A stretch of 64,000 nucleotides of DNA, taken from the IMG/VR virus record IMGVR_UViG_3300020179_000028, positions 1,287 to 65,286 of that record, one strand, 5' to 3'. Shown piece by piece: positions 59,222 to 64,000 of the stretch. Within the stretch, counting starts at the first letter, position 1. Every line of letters begins with the position of its first letter. Under the pieces are notes generated by a model. That model saw nothing but the letters and a program-made list of their open reading frames with translations, was not told the DNA's origin and did not search any database. This DNA comes from a virus. Its lineage: Duplodnaviria > Caudoviricetes. The translations under genes were made by a program, and so were the position numbers.

Positions 59222-60239
59222 TGACAATTTGTTTTTTTATCCAAGCATAAGTTTTTGATATACCATCAACTAACGATAACGAATAGTCCCATGATAATTT
59301 TTCTCTTACTAAGTCATTATTAGAATTTCTACCACGTACGCCAAGTGGTCCAGGAATATGGATTTTTTCTAAGGACTTGTTTTCAATACTACAGACGATA
59401 TCAACTAATTGATTTATAGTAACCATTTCTTCTGATCCTATGTTTACTGGACCAGTAAAATCTGATTGCATTAATCTTCTTGTTGCTTCTATACATTCGT
59501 CTATATATAAAAATGAACGAGTCTGTTCTCCATCCCCCCAGATTTCTATGGAATTTTCTGCTTTTATAACTTTTCTACATATTGCAGCAGGGGCTTTTTC
59601 TTTACCGCCATCCCAAGTTCCTTCTGGTCCATAGATATTATGATATCTGGCAATTGCTATTGGTATATTATTATTTTTATTGAAAGCCAAAAACATTCTT
59701 TCGCTAAATAATTTTTCCCATCCATATTCGCTATCAGGATCTGCAGGGTATGCATCAGATTCCTTAAGTCCAGGATTATTTACATCTAACTGCTTATATT
59801 CTGGATACATACATGCAGAACTAGAATAAAATATTTTTGTTTTATTAATTTCGTATTTTTGATTAAGTCTTGATTGTGCTCGTAATAAATTTAAATTAAT
59901 TAATGCAGAATTTTCCATTATCTGAGAATCATTTTCTCCAGTAAAAATATATCCCGCTCCACCCATGTCAGCGGCAAACTGATAGATCTCATCAAATGAA
60001 GTTATAAGTTTATATGGAATTTCTTTATAAAAATTACCGTGATAACCTTTAAACTGTATAACTTTTTCCATATTGTCATATACTGATAAATCTCTTTCAA
60101 TAAATTCATCTGCTTGCGTCTCAGAAAAGTTTGGTTTTTTAATATCTACTCCACGAACCCAATACCCCTCAGATTTTAATCTTTTAACCATATGGTTTGC
60201 AATAAAGCCACCTGCTCCAAGCACTAATGCTGTTTTCAT
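59211..60239 (-). CDS. GDP-mannose 3,5-epimerase-like extended SDR
   Basis: GAGGFIA, AADMGG, SSACMYP, YGWEK, HNIYGP.GTW.GGKEKAPAA.CRK, WGDG.QTRSF, GVRGRNS: the signature series of plant GME. Confidence 0.88.
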   Translation of the reverse strand: MKTALVLGAGGFIANHMVKRLKSEGYWVRGVDIKKPNFSETQADEFIERDLSVYDNMEKVIQFKGYHGNFYKEIPYKLITSFDEIYQFAADMGGAGYIFTGENDSQIMENSALINLNLLRAQSRLNQKYEINKTKIFYSSSACMYPEYKQLDVNNPGLKESDAYPADPDSEYGWEKLFSERMFLAFNKNNNIPIAIARYHNIYGPEGTWDGGKEKAPAAICRKVIKAENSIEIWGDGEQTRSFLYIDECIEATRRLMQSDFTGPVNIGSEEMVTINQLVDIVCSIENKSLEKIHIPGPLGVRGRNSNNDLVREKLSWDYSLSLVDGISKTYAWIKKQIVNGK

Positions 60240-61252
60240 ATTAGTCTTGACTCCTTCCATTCTCTAAACCATTGTTTATCAATAGTATACAACTTTTTTG
60301 AACTATTCCACGAGTATTTGCCCGTGCCAGATTCTTCATAAATTGGATTATTAATATAGTCAAACCATAGCCACTCTATATCCCTTGTCTGGTTCATAGA
60401 TCTTTGTATATAGCCACTATAAGTGCTACCAATTGTACCAATAAATTTATCTGAATAATGCATAACCAAATTATTTAATATGCCAAAAGACACTTCGTCG
60501 GTATATTGAAAACTAGAAAACTCTTTGCCAAAATTATCTAAAATGTACTGATCTAAATAAATAAAATTATATCTAGATTGTTTTATAACGTCATTATTTA
60601 CATCGTCACTACATAAAACAAGTGGTTTGTTGTTGTTTATTTTTTCAATTGCCCCGTCAAACATTTCTGTTGTGGTTGAGACACGCTGAGGTATATGATC
60701 AGTTAATCTTAGGTGAAGTCCATTAAAATTACCTAAACTATTGGCAATAATTTTAGACAGTTCGTAATATTCTGATTTAAATCTAACTGATCTTAAAATA
60801 TTATCTAAATCTTTTGGTCTATTGTTAAAAAATCTACTATACCATCCTAAAGTATTTTTAATATGCATGTTATCTGTAAACTCAATAGATTGTCTACCTT
60901 CAGCAAAGTCTATATCTTCTTGCAACAAAAAATCAAAATAATATAGCATTAAATTTTCAATTTCTACAGTTGACTCTTTAATATTAAGTTGATTTCTTTT
61001 TACAAACGCAAATCTATCTTTAGTGCTCCATTCTAAAATTTTATTAATAGTAAAAAAATTATCATTGTTTATAAATTTTCTTTTGTTAAAATTTTTGCTG
61101 GCAGAAAAAATAGCCTCATCACCAGTACTTCCATTTCCTATATTATAAATACATATATCGTTTTGAGTTATATATTGTATTCCAACAGCAAGTTCAATAC
61201 TCATTAATTGATTAATTAATCCTGCTGGATTGTATAATTTATAATAAAACAT
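60236..61252 (-). CDS. GDP-fucose protein O-fucosyltransferase-like glycosyltransferase
   Basis: AGLINQLMS, GLHLRLTD, LCSDD, FIGTIGSTYS motifs of the POFUT fold. Confidence 0.75.
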   Translation of the reverse strand: MFYYKLYNPAGLINQLMSIELAVGIQYITQNDICIYNIGNGSTGDEAIFSASKNFNKRKFINNDNFFTINKILEWSTKDRFAFVKRNQLNIKESTVEIENLMLYYFDFLLQEDIDFAEGRQSIEFTDNMHIKNTLGWYSRFFNNRPKDLDNILRSVRFKSEYYELSKIIANSLGNFNGLHLRLTDHIPQRVSTTTEMFDGAIEKINNNKPLVLCSDDVNNDVIKQSRYNFIYLDQYILDNFGKEFSSFQYTDEVSFGILNNLVMHYSDKFIGTIGSTYSGYIQRSMNQTRDIEWLWFDYINNPIYEESGTGKYSWNSSKKLYTIDKQWFREWKESRLI

Positions 61253-61811
61253 TATTATTTTGCCATTGTTGTTCTGTGATTATGCCACGCACTACGTCTA
61301 CATAACTAGGACCTTTAGTAAACCACCAGTGATCTGGTTCGGCAAAATGAAAAAAAATCATTCCAACATAATTATTTTTAGGATCAGGAAATTTTTCTCT
61401 CCAATGAAACTGATCATTGCCATAATAGGCTAACGCTTGATTTGGATAAAGAGTATACGAAGCATCATCTACCCATAAATCCCAAGGTTCTTGTTGATAA
61501 ACGCACATGTCTACAGTATAGGTACACGCATTGTTATCTTTATGTTTAAATAAACTGGGTTCAGGATCTTGACCTTCATAATGAGAAAATAAAGTATAAG
61601 TTGGTAAAAGGGTTTTGCTATCAAATATGCTTTTTGCAAGAGGAACTAGTTTGTTTGTTAACTCTTTTAAAATTGGCAAATCGGTCTCTCCGACAGAGTA
61701 TCTACTAAAGGTGCTGTCGTAATTATAATTTTTAGGATTGTTTATGTTTAAAATTAATCTATCGTAATCTTCTTTATTAAAAAGATTAGTAATTACTTGT
61801 GGCTTTTTCAT
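61239..61811 (-). CDS. 2OG-Fe(II) oxygenase-like protein (HxD...HWR type)
   Basis: SLFKHKD..AC...WDLWV...NQALAYYG.DQFHWR...FFHF. Confidence 0.75.
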   Translation of the reverse strand: MKKPQVITNLFNKEDYDRLILNINNPKNYNYDSTFSRYSVGETDLPILKELTNKLVPLAKSIFDSKTLLPTYTLFSHYEGQDPEPSLFKHKDNNACTYTVDMCVYQQEPWDLWVDDASYTLYPNQALAYYGNDQFHWREKFPDPKNNYVGMIFFHFAEPDHWWFTKGPSYVDVVRGIITEQQWQNNNVLL

Positions 61812-62413
61812 CTTAACCAACTAACAACAGCGTATCTTGTACCCTCCGTAACTGGTGAAACAGAATGATTATATACATATGTTGATGGAAAAATTATCAT
61901 TTGATTTGCTTTGGGCCTAAACGAAAGATTAAATCTTGGAAAATTAATTTCTCCTCCAGCATAATTATTGTTAAGATAATATAGCGTAGAAACCCGTCTG
62001 TGATGATCTTTATGATCGTCTATGTGATTAACAAATTTTTGACCTAAGCCATACTTTAAAATCTGATAATTGTCGTGCCAGGTACAAGGAACCCCATAGT
62101 CTGTCTGATAATTTTTTTCTACTGGAACAAGATATTGTAAGAAAAGATTAGACAAAGATGTATTAAATGTAGAAACCAATGTTGAATAATCCTTTAATAA
62201 AACAGGAGAGTAGGGAGTACTAATTGTGCTAGTGTCTCTTGATGTAGTGTTGACTGATGAATAAGTTTTTTCATCATGCACATGTGCTGCTGACCATGAA
62301 ATCTTTGCTGATTCCATGCCCTCTTCAATATCTTTTACTAAATTATCAAAAATTTCATTAGGCATTACATCATCATATGCCATTATTCCTGGAGCAATTT
62401 CATTTTTTATCAT
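61808..62413 (-). CDS. Prolyl-4-hydroxylase-like 2OG-Fe(II) oxygenase
   Basis: QILKY..GQKF..HID...RRVSTLYYLN..YAGGE..FP...HSV.PV..GTRYAVVSW. Confidence 0.9.
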   Translation of the reverse strand: MIKNEIAPGIMAYDDVMPNEIFDNLVKDIEEGMESAKISWSAAHVHDEKTYSSVNTTSRDTSTISTPYSPVLLKDYSTLVSTFNTSLSNLFLQYLVPVEKNYQTDYGVPCTWHDNYQILKYGLGQKFVNHIDDHKDHHRRVSTLYYLNNNYAGGEINFPRFNLSFRPKANQMIIFPSTYVYNHSVSPVTEGTRYAVVSWLR

Positions 62414-62414
62414 A

Positions 62415-62654
62415 CTACCACTTTCCTAATGGACAAGTTGCGTTGGCTAATTTTGTTTTTGCAAACATAAAACATCCACATTTTTTACATTGTTTTGTTA
62501 ATTTGATTAACTCTGGACAGCCCCCACATATCTCATACCTAGTATTTGCTAATTCTTCTGAAGCCCACTCTGTTGCAGGATTAAGAATGTCCCAAGGCCT
62601 AGTGTCTCCTAGATTTTCTTTATATTTTTGCCATATAGATTTTTCTTCTGACAC
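62415..62654 (-). CDS. Small Cys-rich metal-binding protein (DUF6171-like)
   Basis: R..IC..CP...QCKKCGCFM..K......CPLGKW. Confidence 0.7.
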   Translation of the reverse strand: MSEEKSIWQKYKENLGDTRPWDILNPATEWASEELANTRYEICGGCPELIKLTKQCKKCGCFMFAKTKLANATCPLGKW

Positions 62655-62694
62655 AAAATCTCCTTATTTATTAGTAATAATTATACATTATACA

Positions 62695-64000
62695 CTAACA
62701 GGTACATGGATTACCTGCACCGCAACATGTGGTACATCTCCAACAATATCCACATGTGCATGGTTCTGCAGTAGGTGCTGGTGGGGCAGCAACTGGATTA
62801 AAGTCTGGTGGGAAGAATGGTGGAGTAACGGGGGCAGCAACTGGATTAAAGTCTGGTGGGAAGAATGGTGGGACTGGATTAAAGTCTGGTGGGAAGAATG
62901 GGAAACTAGGTGGGAAGAATGGGAAACTAGGTGGGAAGAATGGTGGAACAGGGGTAGGTGCTACTGGGGCTGGTGCAACAGGTGCAGGAGAACTTACTAA
63001 GCATTCTCCAAATTCAGTAGAGTAGTAATATCCGCAGGCTGCACATTGACTTGGACCAAGTAAAGATATATCTCCACTACATGGATTTACAGGTGTGACT
63101 GGTGCAGCCACTGGTGCGGGAGCAACAGGGGCAGGTGCAACAGGTGCAGGAGCAACAGGGGCTGGGGCAACAGGGGCTGGTGCAACAGGGACAGGTTCAA
63201 CGGGGGCTGGTGCAGTTGGGGCTGGTGCTACTGGGGCTGGTGCTACTGGGGTTGTTACTGGGGTTGACCCGCCCCCGCCACTAAAAGATAAACACTCTCC
63301 GTATTCGTAACTATAAGTGTATCCGCAGGCTGCACACTGACTTGGGCTAAGTAGGGAAATGTCTCCGCTGCAAATATTAGTTGGTGTTGTTACTGGTGCA
63401 GCAACTGGTGCAGCAACTGGTGCAGCAACTGGTGCAGCAACTGGTGCAGCAACTGGTGCAGCAACTGGTGCAGCAACTGGTGCAGGTGCAGGTGCTACAG
63501 GCGTAGGAGCACTTACTAAACATTCTCCAAATTCAGTAGAGTAGTAGTATCCGCATGCAGCACATTGTGTTGCGCTAAGTAAAGAAATGTCTCCACTACA
63601 AATATCAACTGGTGGAGCAACTGGTGTAACTGGAGTTACTGGGGTTACAGGGGTTACTGGAGTTACAGGAGTTACTGGTGGAGCAACTGGTATAGTAATT
63701 GGTGTTGCTGGCGATGATGAACAGTTTGGTGCTGGTGGTTGCGATCCAAACTGACATACAAAGTTTGTTACGTTTTCATAATTGGCCATAACGTATGCTT
63801 GTACATCTCCGCAGTCCACACCTTCTTCTTGATAGGCTGCTCCGTTAGAGCAAAATGCAGCATAGACAATGTTGCTTACTGGGGTAACTGGGGTAACTGG
63901 TACAGTAATTGGTGCAACTGGTGGAGCAACTGGTATAGTAATTGGTGTAACTGGTGGAGCAACTGGTGGAGCAACTGGTGTAACTGGAGTTACTGGTGGA
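62695..64000 (-). CDS. Pro-rich repetitive protein with Cys modules (5' end outside the window)
   Basis: The frame stays open from the track's GTG at 63819 to the window end (PPVTPVTPVAPP...SNIVYAAFCSNG). Contains PVT, VAAP, VAPAP and FFPP repeats, three Cys modules and an 8-Cys tail. Confidence 0.85.
   Translation of the reverse strand, partial: PPVTPVTPVAPPVAPPVTPITIPVAPPVAPITVPVTPVTPVSNIVYAAFCSNGAAYQEEGVDCGDVQAYVMANYENVTNFVCQFGSQPPAPNCSSSPATPITIPVAPPVTPVTPVTPVTPVTPVTPVAPPVDICSGDISLLSATQCAACGYYYSTEFGECLVSAPTPVAPAPAPVAAPVAAPVAAPVAAPVAAPVAAPVAAPVTTPTNICSGDISLLSPSQCAACGYTYSYEYGECLSFSGGGGSTPVTTPVAPAPVAPAPTAPAPVEPVPVAPAPVAPAPVAPAPVAPAPVAPAPVAAPVTPVNPCSGDISLLGPSQCAACGYYYSTEFGECLVSSPAPVAPAPVAPTPVPPFFPPSFPFFPPSFPFFPPDFNPVPPFFPPDFNPVAAPVTPPFFPPDFNPVAAPPAPTAEPCTCGYCWRCTTCCGAGNPCTC
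63392..63484 (-). repeat. Perfect 12-bp tandem repeat x7+ encoding (PVAA)n
   Basis: actggtgcagca repeated 7 times plus a partial copy. Confidence 0.95.

Noticed and set aside
1-64000. Stop-codon reassignment, tRNA genes or an integrase
   Set aside because: Genes are full length in the standard code and end in TAA, TAG or TGA. Intergenic gaps are short, no cloverleaf was recognised by eye, and no recombinase gene is present. A tRNAscan-SE run would confirm.

Overview
This window is part of a large, AT-rich, tailed dsDNA phage with siphovirus-type tail genes, almost all on the minus strand. Left to right it carries terminase genes; a replication/recombination block (RuvC-like, Cas4-like nuclease, RecA, DnaE, SSB, primase, DnaB); tail-tip, tape-measure, tail-tube, neck, capsid, protease and portal genes; a class II ribonucleotide reductase; a tail-fibre cluster; and one plus-strand lytic transglycosylase. 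DnaE, NrdJ, the solo Cas4 and many extended -10 or leaderless promoters suggest a low-GC actinobacterial host, but this is inference. The most unusual content is a candidate phage-encoded protein-modification system that appears twice. In each copy a putative virion or surface protein ending in Pro/Phe-rich repeats (FSPFGVFG-type x9; VAAP/FFPP plus Cys modules) is followed closely by 2OG-Fe(II) oxygenases. In the right-hand copy these are followed by an O-fucosyltransferase-like GT, a GDP-mannose 3,5-epimerase and a GT11-like enzyme, resembling a hydroxyproline-rich glycoprotein pathway. Also notable are seven 2OG-type oxygenases, an atypical flavin halogenase, and tail chaperones G/GT encoded as duplicated genes rather than by frameshift. 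All family calls come from motif recognition by eye, not database searches.
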